64,000 bases of DNA from Bacteroidia bacterium (GTDB lineage: Bacteria; Bacteroidota; Bacteroidia; AKYH767-A; OLB10), in contig JAEUTH010000021.1 in NCBI GenBank assembly GCA_016788165.1, forward strand, positions 72,496 to 136,495. Direction: 5' to 3'. Below the pieces are notes generated by a model, which was not told the DNA's origin, ran no database searches, and saw nothing but the letters and a program-made list of their open reading frames with translations. Below are positions 28,347 through 37,692 of this stretch, in pieces (the first letter of the stretch is position 1; each line of letters begins with the position of its first letter). The translations under genes and the position numbers were made by a program.

Positions 28347-29024
28347 ATGACAGTACTAATTGTAGAAGACGAAAAAAGCCTATCGCATGAAATAGAAATA
28401 TTTTTGACCAAACAAGGTTATAACTGTGATGTAGCATTTAACGCCAAAAGTGGTGTTGATAAAGCCAGTAGTAACGGCTATGATTTTATATTGCTTGATA
28501 TTGGTTTGCCCGATGGAAATGGCTTTGATGTTTTAACTCAGGTAAAATCAAATGGTGTTGAAAGCAGTATTATTATTTTAACTGCCAGAGGCGAAGTGGA
28601 CGACAAAATTTTAGGCCTTCAATCAGGTGCAGATGATTATCTGGCAAAGCCATTTTCATTACCCGAACTTTTTGCGCGTATGCAAGCTATAACACGCAGA
28701 AAACATGGATTAAAAAATACGGTAATTAAAATTTACGATTTTGATATGGATGTAAACAACCGTACTGTATCGCATAACAGTAATTTAATTAATTTAACCA
28801 AAAAGGAGTTTGATTTACTGTATTACATGACCTTAAATAAAAACCGTGTGCTTACCCGATTACAACTTACCGAGCATATATGGGGTGATGTTATTGACGA
28901 TGACAATGAAAGCAATTACATAGATGTGCATATAAAAAATTTGCGAAAAAAACTATCCACACAGGCAAATGCCGAATTTATTGAAACCGTTAGAGGTTTA
29001 GGTTACCGTGTTAATATGCAATAA
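28347..29024 (+). CDS. OmpR/PhoB-family response regulator (receiver + winged helix); no histidine kinase adjacent
   Basis: MTVLIVEDEKSL...ILLDIGLPDGNGFD...ILTARGEV...AGADDYLAKPFSL.EL.AR; winged helix LTKKEFDLLYYM...GYRV. Start is 16 nt after the aminotransferase stop. The ORF-track start at 28296 is an extension. Confidence 0.9.
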   Translation: MTVLIVEDEKSLSHEIEIFLTKQGYNCDVAFNAKSGVDKASSNGYDFILLDIGLPDGNGFDVLTQVKSNGVESSIIILTARGEVDDKILGLQSGADDYLAKPFSLPELFARMQAITRRKHGLKNTVIKIYDFDMDVNNRTVSHNSNLINLTKKEFDLLYYMTLNKNRVLTRLQLTEHIWGDVIDDDNESNYIDVHIKNLRKKLSTQANAEFIETVRGLGYRVNMQ

Positions 29025-29028
29025 AAAA

Positions 29029-29051
29029 GCGCACTTTGCAGTGCGCTTTTT
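29029..29051 (+). terminator. Intrinsic terminator: 7-bp GC-rich stem gcgcact/agtgcgc, loop ttgc, then TTTTT (A-run upstream, so potentially bidirectional)
   Basis: Read directly from sequence 29023-29051: aaaaaagcgcactttgcagtgcgcttttt. Confidence 0.85.
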
Positions 29052-29083
29052 AAAAAGTGCATTGTAAAAAATACTTTTGTTGC

Positions 29084-30385
29084 ATGGTGCAAATATTATG
29101 GGCCTTACCCATTGTTATTTTTATAAATTATATAATCGGCAAATCCGATTTCTTTTACCATCGCAGAGTACACCCTTTGTTGTTTCGATTTGCATTTATG
29201 GTAAAAGTAACAGCCGGATTTATTCTCACTTTAATTTATACGCACTACTATACCGATAGAAGTACAGCAGACATATTTAAGTATTTCGATGACAGTAAAA
29301 TAATGTATGATTTATGCTGGGTTGATTTTGAATTGTTTTTAAAAATGCTTTTCGGTTTTAATGATGTAGCACTTGCAGCTTATTATAACCAAATGATTGC
29401 CTGGTATGATTCCGATTTTATTTACAACGACAACCGACTAATGATTAAGCTCAATTGCTTAATGCGTTTCGTTTCATTTGGCAACTACTATATTCATGTA
29501 GTGCTTATCTGCTTCATTGTTTTTTATGGCTTAACATGTTTGTTTAAACTGTTTGCTTCTGAGTTAAAATCAAAATTTTCAGGCATTTATTTTTGCGCCT
29601 TTTTTATACCATCTGTTGTTTTTTGGACCAGTGCTGTGTTAAAGGATGCAGCAATACTGTTTGCGCTATCTGTTTTCCTATTTAATTATAACAAAATACT
29701 TATTAATGCAGCTTCAGTTAAGAGTTATATTTTGCTATTGCTGGCAATACTTCTTTTATTAACTATTAAGGTATATGTTTTTGTACTGGTGTTACCCGGT
29801 TTGATAATAGTTACCTTATTGAAACGCAAATTTTTAATTAATTATAATCAGTTTGCTGTTTGGGTAGTAACGTATTTTATATACGCAGTTGTAATTTTTT
29901 CGCTTAAATATTTTACACCTTACAATATAGTTGAGCAAATTGCAATCAAGCAACATCAATTTTTAAAACTTGCCTACCAGGTTCATAGTGGCAGTATTTT
30001 AAAAGCGTACGAACTTAGCACCTCTGTTAGCTTAATTAAGGCAATGCCGTTGGCATTTTGTAATACATTTTTACAACCTTATGTAGGTAATTTTAAATCG
30101 GCTGTTATTACATTAGCCTCAATCGAAAATGCCTTGTGTCTTTTAGCTTTAATTTTTGTTGCTTTTCATAGCAGGTTAAAGAATGCATTTATTACACCGT
30201 GGTTCTTCTTTTCTTTGTTTTTTGTTTTATCGCTTTATTCATTAATAGGTCTAATTGTTCCGGTTGCAGGCGCTTTGGTTAGATACAAAACTATTGCTAT
30301 GCCTTTTTTTGCATTCATATTATTAATTATTGCCGACACCGAAAAAATTAAAGCAACTTTCAGAAAATTAAAAATCCTAAACTGA
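29084..30385 (+). CDS. Polytopic integral membrane protein, function unknown (tandem paralog 1)
   Basis: At least 10 predicted TM helices. Start moved to ATG 29084 because the ORF-track start at 29057 lies inside the upstream terminator hairpin. Shares conserved blocks with the next gene (NDNxxMIxLxxLxxF...Y.xH.V; C-terminal TxPVxGxLVRYKxxxMP). Confidence 0.7.
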   Translation: MVQILWALPIVIFINYIIGKSDFFYHRRVHPLLFRFAFMVKVTAGFILTLIYTHYYTDRSTADIFKYFDDSKIMYDLCWVDFELFLKMLFGFNDVALAAYYNQMIAWYDSDFIYNDNRLMIKLNCLMRFVSFGNYYIHVVLICFIVFYGLTCLFKLFASELKSKFSGIYFCAFFIPSVVFWTSAVLKDAAILFALSVFLFNYNKILINAASVKSYILLLLAILLLLTIKVYVFVLVLPGLIIVTLLKRKFLINYNQFAVWVVTYFIYAVVIFSLKYFTPYNIVEQIAIKQHQFLKLAYQVHSGSILKAYELSTSVSLIKAMPLAFCNTFLQPYVGNFKSAVITLASIENALCLLALIFVAFHSRLKNAFITPWFFFSLFFVLSLYSLIGLIVPVAGALVRYKTIAMPFFAFILLIIADTEKIKATFRKLKILN

Positions 30386-31641
30386 TGTGGGTGCAATGCC
30401 TCGTTTTCTTCCTCCATTTTGCTTTAGCACTCGTGCTTATTTATAAAATGCACTTTTTTAAATGCGGTTATGCATGGCAGTGGTTGGTTTTTTTTTTCAT
30501 AACTAAAGTAGGGGTTGGGTTGCTTCAATATTTTTTGATGCTGCAATTTAGTTTTGGGGGTGATGCTATATCGTTTTTTAATACGGGTTTATACTTAAAC
30601 CAGATTGCATTCGAAAACCCATGGCTATTTATAAAGGTAATGTCAGGCTTAGGTTTTGATGTGGAAACTGTATTTACACCTCAAATGTATTGGACTAATG
30701 CAGATATACTTTTTAACGATAATCAAACCATGATACGATTGCATGCATTACTCGCTTTTTTTTCGATGTGTTCATATATAGTGCACACAGTTTGGTTTTC
30801 GTTCTTAAGCTTAATAGGTTTTGTTGCAATGATTAAAACCATGCAATTGTTTTTTGGTAAAAAACTGTTGCATACGTTGCTATTAACCTGTATTCCTTCG
30901 ACATTTTTTTGGTGTGCTGGTTGCTCAAAAGAAGCTGTATTGATCGCTTTTTTAGGTTTGTTTTTATGGGCATTAGCAAATGCAATTAAGCAGTTACGTA
31001 TTACCTTCACATTGCTTGGTAGTTGTGCTTTATTGTTTCTTATCAAATCTTATATAGCACTGGCCTTAATTCCGGCATTACTTAGCTGGTGCATTGCTTT
31101 TTATTTGAAAAAAAACAATTGGCTGACCTTTGCAGTGGTATACGCATTTACAATAATATTTCTTTTTACTATGCCGGCTTTTGATTTTATGGGGTACTTA
31201 ATTTTTAAACAACATAGTTTTCAGTATTTAGCTGAGTGGTCAGGTGCAGGAAGTGTATTGCCACTTTTAGAAATTAAATCGCCTTGGCTAATGGTACCCA
31301 ACTATTTACAAGCTTTAGAACACATTTTTTTTAGACCCCATATTTTCGAAATCAAAAATATGCAATGGCTTTTTGCTGCCATCGAAAATTATGTACTGCT
31401 GTTGCTGTTAGTGGTATTTGTTTTAGGTAATCAGAAATTTAAAGGTCAATCGGCAACATGCTTTTTATTGTTTTTTACTGTCAGTTTGTTTGTTTTAATA
31501 GGCATAACCACACCAGTATTAGGCAGTTTGGTTAGATATAAAGCACCACTAATGCCACTATTTTTTATAGCGTTAGTATGGCAATTTAATTATGTTGTTT
31601 TGAAACAGCGGCTGAACTATTTGTTTAGTTTAATTAAATAA
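30385..31641 (+). CDS. Polytopic integral membrane protein, function unknown (tandem paralog 2); start overlaps the stop of paralog 1 by 1 nt
   Basis: ctgATGtgg: TGA stop of the upstream gene at 30383-30385, ATG at 30385-30387. Same block order as paralog 1. Confidence 0.7.
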   Translation: MWVQCLVFFLHFALALVLIYKMHFFKCGYAWQWLVFFFITKVGVGLLQYFLMLQFSFGGDAISFFNTGLYLNQIAFENPWLFIKVMSGLGFDVETVFTPQMYWTNADILFNDNQTMIRLHALLAFFSMCSYIVHTVWFSFLSLIGFVAMIKTMQLFFGKKLLHTLLLTCIPSTFFWCAGCSKEAVLIAFLGLFLWALANAIKQLRITFTLLGSCALLFLIKSYIALALIPALLSWCIAFYLKKNNWLTFAVVYAFTIIFLFTMPAFDFMGYLIFKQHSFQYLAEWSGAGSVLPLLEIKSPWLMVPNYLQALEHIFFRPHIFEIKNMQWLFAAIENYVLLLLLVVFVLGNQKFKGQSATCFLLFFTVSLFVLIGITTPVLGSLVRYKAPLMPLFFIALVWQFNYVVLKQRLNYLFSLIK

Positions 31642-31844
31642 GTTTTTCATTTTAAACTCATGTTAATTTTTTGCATGCGCAAAATAATTTCTATCATTAC
31701 CAAAATTAATTCACACAAACACGCAATTCACTTCAAAAAGCAACGTTATTTTAAAATATTGCTTTAGAGTATTGCCCCTAAAATTAACTCGTATAGCCCA
31801 CATCTACCTTTAAAGTTTTTATTTATTTACTTAAACGGTACGCT

Positions 31845-32426
31845 ATGCAACATTTAATTTCAGACAACGAATTAATATCCCTTTATTTATCCGGAAACGA
31901 ACAAGGTCTTGGCGAATTGGTACATCGTCATAAAACACGCATTTTTACCTCAATATATGTTCTTGTAAAAGATGAGGAATTGGCAAACGATATTTTTCAG
32001 GATACGTTTATCAAAGTGATAAACACGTTGCGCTCGGGTAACTATCATGAAGAAGGAAAGTTTTTGCCATGGGTTTTACGTATAGCCCACAATTTAGTAA
32101 TTGATCATTTTAGACGAAGCAAACGAATGCCAATGCTTCATGATACTGATGAGGATTCGGTTTTTCGAACCATGAAATCGGACGAATACAATATTGAAGA
32201 AGTATTGGTTACAAAGCAAATACATAAAGATGTAAGAATGCTTATAAATAAGTTGCCTGACGAGCAACGCGATGTGGTAATGATGCGCCATTACGCTAAT
32301 TTAAGTTTTAAGGAAATTGCCGATGCCATGGATTGCAGTGTAAACACGGCATTGGGGCGTATGCGCTATGCATTACTTAACATGCGAAAATTAATGGATG
32401 AAAATAAAATATCGCTGCAACGTTAG
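31845..32426 (+). CDS. ECF-type RNA polymerase sigma-70 factor (sigma-24 family); no anti-sigma gene follows
   Basis: Region 2 FQDTFIKV...WVLRIAHNLVIDHFRR and region 4 EQRDVVMMRHYANLSFKEIADAMDCSVNTALGRMRYAL. Confidence 0.9.
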   Translation: MQHLISDNELISLYLSGNEQGLGELVHRHKTRIFTSIYVLVKDEELANDIFQDTFIKVINTLRSGNYHEEGKFLPWVLRIAHNLVIDHFRRSKRMPMLHDTDEDSVFRTMKSDEYNIEEVLVTKQIHKDVRMLINKLPDEQRDVVMMRHYANLSFKEIADAMDCSVNTALGRMRYALLNMRKLMDENKISLQR

Positions 32427-32436
32427 CTATTAAAAA

Positions 32437-32467
32437 AACCGCTCTGTTTTAATCGAGCGGTTTTTTT
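32437..32467 (+). terminator. Intrinsic terminator after the ECF sigma gene: stem aaccgctc/gagcggtt, 10-nt loop, TTTTTTT
   Basis: Sequence 32431-32467: taaaaaaaccgctctgttttaatcgagcggttttttt. Confidence 0.8.
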
Positions 32468-32722
32468 ATACTATTTAATCAGATAAACAATATCAGTAAT
32501 TTAATGGCGTTATCCATCAAATAAAATACAAATAGCGTATGGCCAAAACAATTACTCAAAAACATCAAGTTACAAAAAACATGCAGGGTACAAAAAGTCG
32601 CAGTAAGCCTAGCGGAAATCAAACATTGTTGCATCCAATTGCACCCAGTACTGAAAGTGTTGAAATTATAATGTGCTATTCGGCATTAACCAAACACTTA
32701 CGAAAAAAGTAACTTTAAAAAA

Positions 32723-32752
32723 GCCTGCTGTAGAAAACAGCAGGCTTTTTTA
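32723..32752 (+). terminator. Second intrinsic terminator, 250 nt downstream of the first: 9-bp stem agcctgctg/cagcaggct, loop tagaaaa, TTTTT
   Basis: Sequence 32717-32752: ttaaaaaagcctgctgtagaaaacagcaggcttttt. Confidence 0.8.
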
Positions 32753-32797
32753 TTTTTATTGCTTTACTTTTAACCAAGTAATTAGCAACACAATTTT

Positions 32798-33439
32798 ATG
32801 CTACGAAACGAAAGGTTTGCTGGTGTATTAAAATACTTTGAAATACATTTTCCGGAAGCTGAAACCGAACTGTGCTATAACAATGCATACGAACTTTTAG
32901 TTGCTGTAATTTTATCGGCCCAGTGTACCGATAAGCGTGTAAACCTAACTACGCCTTCATTATTTAAAGCATATCCAACAGCTGTTGATTTGATGGACGC
33001 CCAAGTGGATGATGTTTTTGCTTTAATAAAAAGCATCAGTTATCCTAATAATAAGGCTAAGCATTTGGTTGCTATGGCAAATCGCTTAGTAAAGGTTTAT
33101 AATGGCATTGTGCCTAATACTATTGAAGCCTTGGTAACTTTGCCGGGTGTAGGTCGTAAAACGGCTAATGTTATTGCATCGGTAGTTTATAATTTGCCCA
33201 GCATGGCAGTTGATACACATGTATTTAGGGTATCTGCACGGATTGGGCTTACCGTAAAAGCAAATACGCCTTTAACTGCCGAAAGGCAGCTGGTTAAATA
33301 TATTCCTGAATCTAAAATTCATATAGCACATCATTGGCTGATTTTGCATGGGCGGTATGTATGTGTTGCCCGTAATCCAAAATGTAACGAATGTGGCATT
33401 TCGTCTTTTTGCAAGTATTATTCTGCTATCAAAAAGTAG
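32798..33439 (+). CDS. nth: Endonuclease III (DNA glycosylase/AP lyase)
   Basis: HhH-GPD motif LVTLPGVGRKTANVI, catalytic Lys/Asp context, C-terminal 4Fe-4S cluster loop C-x6-C-x2-C-x5-C (CVARNPKCNECGISSFC). Confidence 0.95.
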   Translation: MLRNERFAGVLKYFEIHFPEAETELCYNNAYELLVAVILSAQCTDKRVNLTTPSLFKAYPTAVDLMDAQVDDVFALIKSISYPNNKAKHLVAMANRLVKVYNGIVPNTIEALVTLPGVGRKTANVIASVVYNLPSMAVDTHVFRVSARIGLTVKANTPLTAERQLVKYIPESKIHIAHHWLILHGRYVCVARNPKCNECGISSFCKYYSAIKK

Positions 33440-33442
33440 TAC

Positions 33443-33985
33443 CTATTTTTTCCATTTGCCTGAAGCATAATCATCAATTGCTTGTTGTATAATTTGATAG
33501 GCATGCGCTGCATTCAGTATTTCATTAACAATTACGATTTCATTGTTTTCTAATTTCGAGTACTCCTCAAAAAAATGACGCAGTTCTTTTAAGAAATGTT
33601 TTGGCAAATCGTCAATATCATTTACATGAGCTACACTCATATCATTTGCAGCAACTGCTAAAATTTTGTCATCAATTGCATCATTATCTTTCATTCTTAA
33701 AACGCCAATTACTTTTGCTTCAACTATGCTCAAAGGCTGCAAGTCAATTTGTGACAAAACCAAAATATCTAACGGATCGTTATCGCCTGCATAAGTTTGT
33801 GGTATAAAGCCATAGTTAGCAGGATAGTAAACAGCCGAATATAAAACCCTGTCTAATTTTAATAATCCTGATGTTTTATCAACTTCATATTTGGCGCGGC
33901 TGCCTCGTTGTATTTCTATTAAGGCAGTTACCTTTTGCGGAGCTAAATGGCCAAAGTGTACATTATGCCAAGGATGAATTTGCAT
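33443..33985 (-). CDS. ppa: Inorganic pyrophosphatase (family I); start moved to the internal ATG at 33985
   Basis: [38 protein letters not shown] family-I signatures. The 181-aa product fits the family size; the ORF-track N-terminal extension has no homology. Confidence 0.9.
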   Translation of the reverse strand: MQIHPWHNVHFGHLAPQKVTALIEIQRGSRAKYEVDKTSGLLKLDRVLYSAVYYPANYGFIPQTYAGDNDPLDILVLSQIDLQPLSIVEAKVIGVLRMKDNDAIDDKILAVAANDMSVAHVNDIDDLPKHFLKELRHFFEEYSKLENNEIVIVNEILNAAHAYQIIQQAIDDYASGKWKK

Positions 33986-34121
33986 AAAAGATTCGTTTTT
34001 TAATTGTTGATGTTTTGCTTGATGCAAGTTATGGTTGGATGTTTTTTCGAAAACTAAATTGATTGCCATTAAAATAAAAAAAGCTGCATGTTTAAAGTGC
34101 AGCTTTTTTGTAATGTCAATA

Positions 34122-35216
34122 TTACAGATTTCCTCTAATTGCTTGTTCGCGTTCTATGGCTTCGAATAATGCTTTAAAATTTCCTTTGCCAAAACTACGC
34201 GCACCTTTACGCTGAATTATTTCATAAAACACAGTAGGCCTGTCTTCGACCGGTTTGGTAAAAATTTGTAACAAATAACCTTCATCATCCCGATCTACTA
34301 AAATGCCTAAATTTTTTAATGACTCAATATCCTCATCAATTTTGCCTACACGTTTTTCTAAATCCTCATAATAAGTTGAAGGTACTTTTAAAAAGTCAAC
34401 TCCACGTTGTTGTAATTTGGTAACAGTACTAATTACATCTTGCGTAAGCAAAGCCATATGTTGTACACCGGCCCCATGATAAAACTCTAAATACTCATCA
34501 ATTTGCGATTTCTTTTTACCCTCAGCCGGTTCATTTATCGGAAACTTAACAAAGCCATTTCCGTTAGAAACAACTTTACTCATCAATGCTGAATATTCAG
34601 TAGAAATATCTTCATCATCAAAGGTGATAATCATTTTAAAACCTAAAACATCTTCATAAAACTTTACCCATTCATTCATTTTACCTAATTCAACATTTCC
34701 TACACAATGGTCAACCACTTCTAAGCCTACCGATTCAACAGGTATGGTAGAAGTAGCCGGTTTATAACCGGGCATAAAAGCACCTTTGTAATTTTTTCGT
34801 TCGATAAATTTATGTATGGTATCGCCATAGGTGTGTATGGCAGCAATTTTTACTTCGCCAAATTCATCACTGATAACCGTAGGTTCCGTATGTGCTTTGG
34901 CACCACGCGACATGGTTTCATAAAAAGATTTTTCGGCATCATCCACTGAAAGCGCAAGCACTTTTACACCATCGCCATGTAGGGCAACGTGTTCGCTGAT
35001 TTCGCCTTTTGGATGTATGGCTGTAGTTAAAACGAATTTAATTTTTCCTTGTTCCAAAACATAAGAAGCGCGATCGCGCACACCGGTTTCGGGACCTGAA
35101 TATGCTGTAAGCTTAAACCCAAAAGCCGATTGGTAATAATAAGAGGCTTGCTTGGCATTACCCACATAAAATTCAATATGATCGGTGCCATTTAAAGGAA
35201 GAAAATCTTGTGTCAT
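34122..35216 (-). CDS. hppD: 4-hydroxyphenylpyruvate dioxygenase
   Basis: Two VOC modules; N terminus [17 protein letters not shown], iron ligands in HIAL/HMAL contexts, C-terminal [14 protein letters not shown]. Confidence 0.92.
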   Translation of the reverse strand: MTQDFLPLNGTDHIEFYVGNAKQASYYYQSAFGFKLTAYSGPETGVRDRASYVLEQGKIKFVLTTAIHPKGEISEHVALHGDGVKVLALSVDDAEKSFYETMSRGAKAHTEPTVISDEFGEVKIAAIHTYGDTIHKFIERKNYKGAFMPGYKPATSTIPVESVGLEVVDHCVGNVELGKMNEWVKFYEDVLGFKMIITFDDEDISTEYSALMSKVVSNGNGFVKFPINEPAEGKKKSQIDEYLEFYHGAGVQHMALLTQDVISTVTKLQQRGVDFLKVPSTYYEDLEKRVGKIDEDIESLKNLGILVDRDDEGYLLQIFTKPVEDRPTVFYEIIQRKGARSFGKGNFKALFEAIEREQAIRGNL

Positions 35217-35369
35217 TGCTTAATAAATTTGATTATTTATAGGGGTGCAAATATATTTTATTTAATAAATATTGCGCGCTATTACTGATACACTAAACTT
35301 AAATAACTGATAATATTTGAGGCTACTTAAGCCAAAATTAAATTACGTTTGCTGTAGTTTAATTGAATT

Positions 35370-35981
35370 ATGACTTTACTAATTGTTTTAGTTACCATAT
35401 TGATTTCGTTTGCCGCTTTTAATAATCCAACATTAAAATCAAAACTCATATTTAATGCATACTTAGTAGCCCAGCGAAAGCAGTGGTATCGTATGTTCAG
35501 TTATGGGTTTATACATGCCGACTGGATACATTTAGCTTTTAACATGCTTGCGCTTTATAGTTTTGGCAATATTGTAGCATCTTATTATACTTATTATTTT
35601 GGTTTTACAGAGGGCAACTTATTTTTTATATTTCTATACATGTCATGTTTGTTTTTAGCAACCGTGGCCGATTTGTTAAAACACAAAACAAACCATTGGT
35701 ATAATGCTTTGGGTGCATCAGGTGCTGTAAGCGGTGTGCTGTTTGCAAGTATTTTAATTGACCCATGGATTAGTATTACCATTTTCCCGATACCATTGCC
35801 TGTGCCCGGTTTAATTTTTGGGCCCTTGTTTTTAATTTTCTCTCAATACATGGCAAAAAAAGGAGGCGATAATATTGGGCATAATGCCCATTTTTATGGA
35901 GCGGTTTCAGGTGTGGTACTTTCTATTTTAATACGACCTGTACTATTTACTGAGTTTATTGAAAAAATACAAAACCATTAA
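35370..35981 (+). CDS. Rhomboid-family intramembrane serine protease
   Basis: HLAFNMLALYSFG and catalytic GASGAVSGVLFA (GxSG); His in GHNAHFYGAVSG; 6 TM. Confidence 0.85.
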   Translation: MTLLIVLVTILISFAAFNNPTLKSKLIFNAYLVAQRKQWYRMFSYGFIHADWIHLAFNMLALYSFGNIVASYYTYYFGFTEGNLFFIFLYMSCLFLATVADLLKHKTNHWYNALGASGAVSGVLFASILIDPWISITIFPIPLPVPGLIFGPLFLIFSQYMAKKGGDNIGHNAHFYGAVSGVVLSILIRPVLFTEFIEKIQNH

Positions 35982-35984
35982 TGT

Positions 35985-36767
35985 ATGCAATGGCTTTTTA
36001 ATGATGCTGTTTGGCAGATTTCAGATAATGATTGGTTTAATTCTAGATTAATTTATGGAGATGGTTTTTTTGAATCAATGATTTATCGTGATGGCAAATT
36101 ATTATATTATGATTTGCATTTATTAAGAATAAGTAAGGCCTTAAAAATTTTGCAATTAGAAACTGAAATGGATGTTGATGTTGTATTAAATAAAGCAATA
36201 CGTGGTGTGCCATTTAAAAATGGAAGGTTACGTGTTTTATTTTATCGCCAGTCAGGAGGTTTTTATTTGCCAACAACTAATAATGCTGATATAGTTGTTA
36301 CTGCTGTAGAAAGTTACCAGCATACATATAAGCTTAATTCAGGTAAATTAACGATGGGTTACTATTCTGATAATTTCAAACCAATGGGCTTATTATCTAA
36401 CATAAAAACATGTAATGGTTTAATTAGCGTAATGGCAGCAAAGCATGCCGCTGAAAATGGTTTTGACGATTGTTTTATTTCCAATGGTTTAAATTATATT
36501 GAAACCAGTAATGCCAATTTGTTTTTGTGGTTAGATGGCAAATTAAAAACACCTGATTTAAATCAAGGTTGTGTTGCAGGCATTATGCGCCAAGTTTGTA
36601 TTAACTATGCTATACAGCAAAATGTAGAAGTGGTTGAATCATTACTAACACTTACAGATTTTGAACTGGCTGATGATATTATTTTAACAAACGTGGGTAG
36701 CATAAGAAGTGTAAAACAAAGTAAACTTGCGTTTACTGATAATTTTATCGCTTTTCTAAACAAATAA
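35985..36767 (+). CDS. Class IV aminotransferase-fold protein (aminodeoxychorismate lyase / branched-chain aminotransferase-like)
   Basis: Fold-type IV pattern (GDGFFESMIY...; NANLFLW.DGKL.TP; GIMRQ). Confidence 0.7.
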   Translation: MQWLFNDAVWQISDNDWFNSRLIYGDGFFESMIYRDGKLLYYDLHLLRISKALKILQLETEMDVDVVLNKAIRGVPFKNGRLRVLFYRQSGGFYLPTTNNADIVVTAVESYQHTYKLNSGKLTMGYYSDNFKPMGLLSNIKTCNGLISVMAAKHAAENGFDDCFISNGLNYIETSNANLFLWLDGKLKTPDLNQGCVAGIMRQVCINYAIQQNVEVVESLLTLTDFELADDIILTNVGSIRSVKQSKLAFTDNFIAFLNK

Positions 36768-36774
36768 TTTTAAG

Positions 36775-37692
36775 CTAATCGTTAGTGTAAAAACGATTGG
36801 GCATTAACCAGCACGAAAAGTATATCCATTCATTATCAAAAGTGTTTACTCCAAAAATTTTATCCTGTTGGATGCTCACTGCAAAATCAAACTGTGCAGC
36901 TTCGGTTACGCCACGTCCGCAATCTATTATTTCTGATTGCTCATTAACGAAGTCTTCGGTTATAAGTTTTAATGAACGGTCGAAGTAAGTAGCCCTTTTT
37001 GTTGTATCATCTATCAATAATATTTTTGACTTATTGTTTATTAAATCACTAAACCATAAATCTTTTTTCTTTAATCCTTCATAAGTTCTTTTATCGCCAA
37101 TTCGTTTAATAAAATTGAAATTGGTTTGATATAATAAACCGGTGGTATAGCTCAGGTATAAGTTATATCCATAGGCAAAACGGGTAAAATACGACTCCTG
37201 AATATAATTTGGATTATAGTAATATGCCGGTATCGAACTTAAATCGAAACGGCTAAAATATTTGTTGATGTTGTAATACCAGTCTTCGGGTTTGTTATAA
37301 GATAGCTTTTCGAAATTATGGCCGGGTAGGTTTAACCGATAAATACAGCTCTCGCTATTTTCTATAATTAGCAACCGGTTATACTCATCAAAATCAAACT
37401 GACGAACACAATTGGTAAAGGGCAATGCTATACTATCTATTAACACGCCTGTTGTATCGAAAATAAATACTACATTTTTATTACAGCACACAAAAGCTAA
37501 CTGCCCGTTGTTAGCAGCAGCCATTTTAAAAACAACAGGCCCATTGCCGGTTAGTTGTTGTCGTGGCAATTTAAATAGATAGCGTTGCTCAAGTGTACAC
37601 GGTGTCTTAATTTGAGCAGATGCATCACCACTAATAATAAGTAGGCTACATATTAATTTAAGTATAACATGCAGGTTATGGGTTAGCCTCAT
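36775..37692 (-). CDS. Secreted hypothetical protein (signal peptide), function unknown
   Basis: Signal peptide LLIISGDASAQ; Tyr/Asn-rich beta-type composition; no recognisable motif. Confidence 0.55.
   Translation of the reverse strand: MRLTHNLHVILKLICSLLIISGDASAQIKTPCTLEQRYLFKLPRQQLTGNGPVVFKMAAANNGQLAFVCCNKNVVFIFDTTGVLIDSIALPFTNCVRQFDFDEYNRLLIIENSESCIYRLNLPGHNFEKLSYNKPEDWYYNINKYFSRFDLSSIPAYYYNPNYIQESYFTRFAYGYNLYLSYTTGLLYQTNFNFIKRIGDKRTYEGLKKKDLWFSDLINNKSKILLIDDTTKRATYFDRSLKLITEDFVNEQSEIIDCGRGVTEAAQFDFAVSIQQDKIFGVNTFDNEWIYFSCWLMPNRFYTND

Noticed and set aside
31642-31844. Small palindrome ttttgcatgcgcaaaa upstream of the ECF sigma gene as a regulatory site
   Set aside because: Only a 6-bp stem. 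It is indistinguishable from chance in AT-rich DNA without comparative data.
32541-32672. 43-codon ORF between the two terminators, as a confident protein-coding gene
   Set aside because: Too short, no motif, and composition typical of a non-coding AT-rich frame. Kept only as a possibility inside the candidate sRNA/micro-ORF finding.
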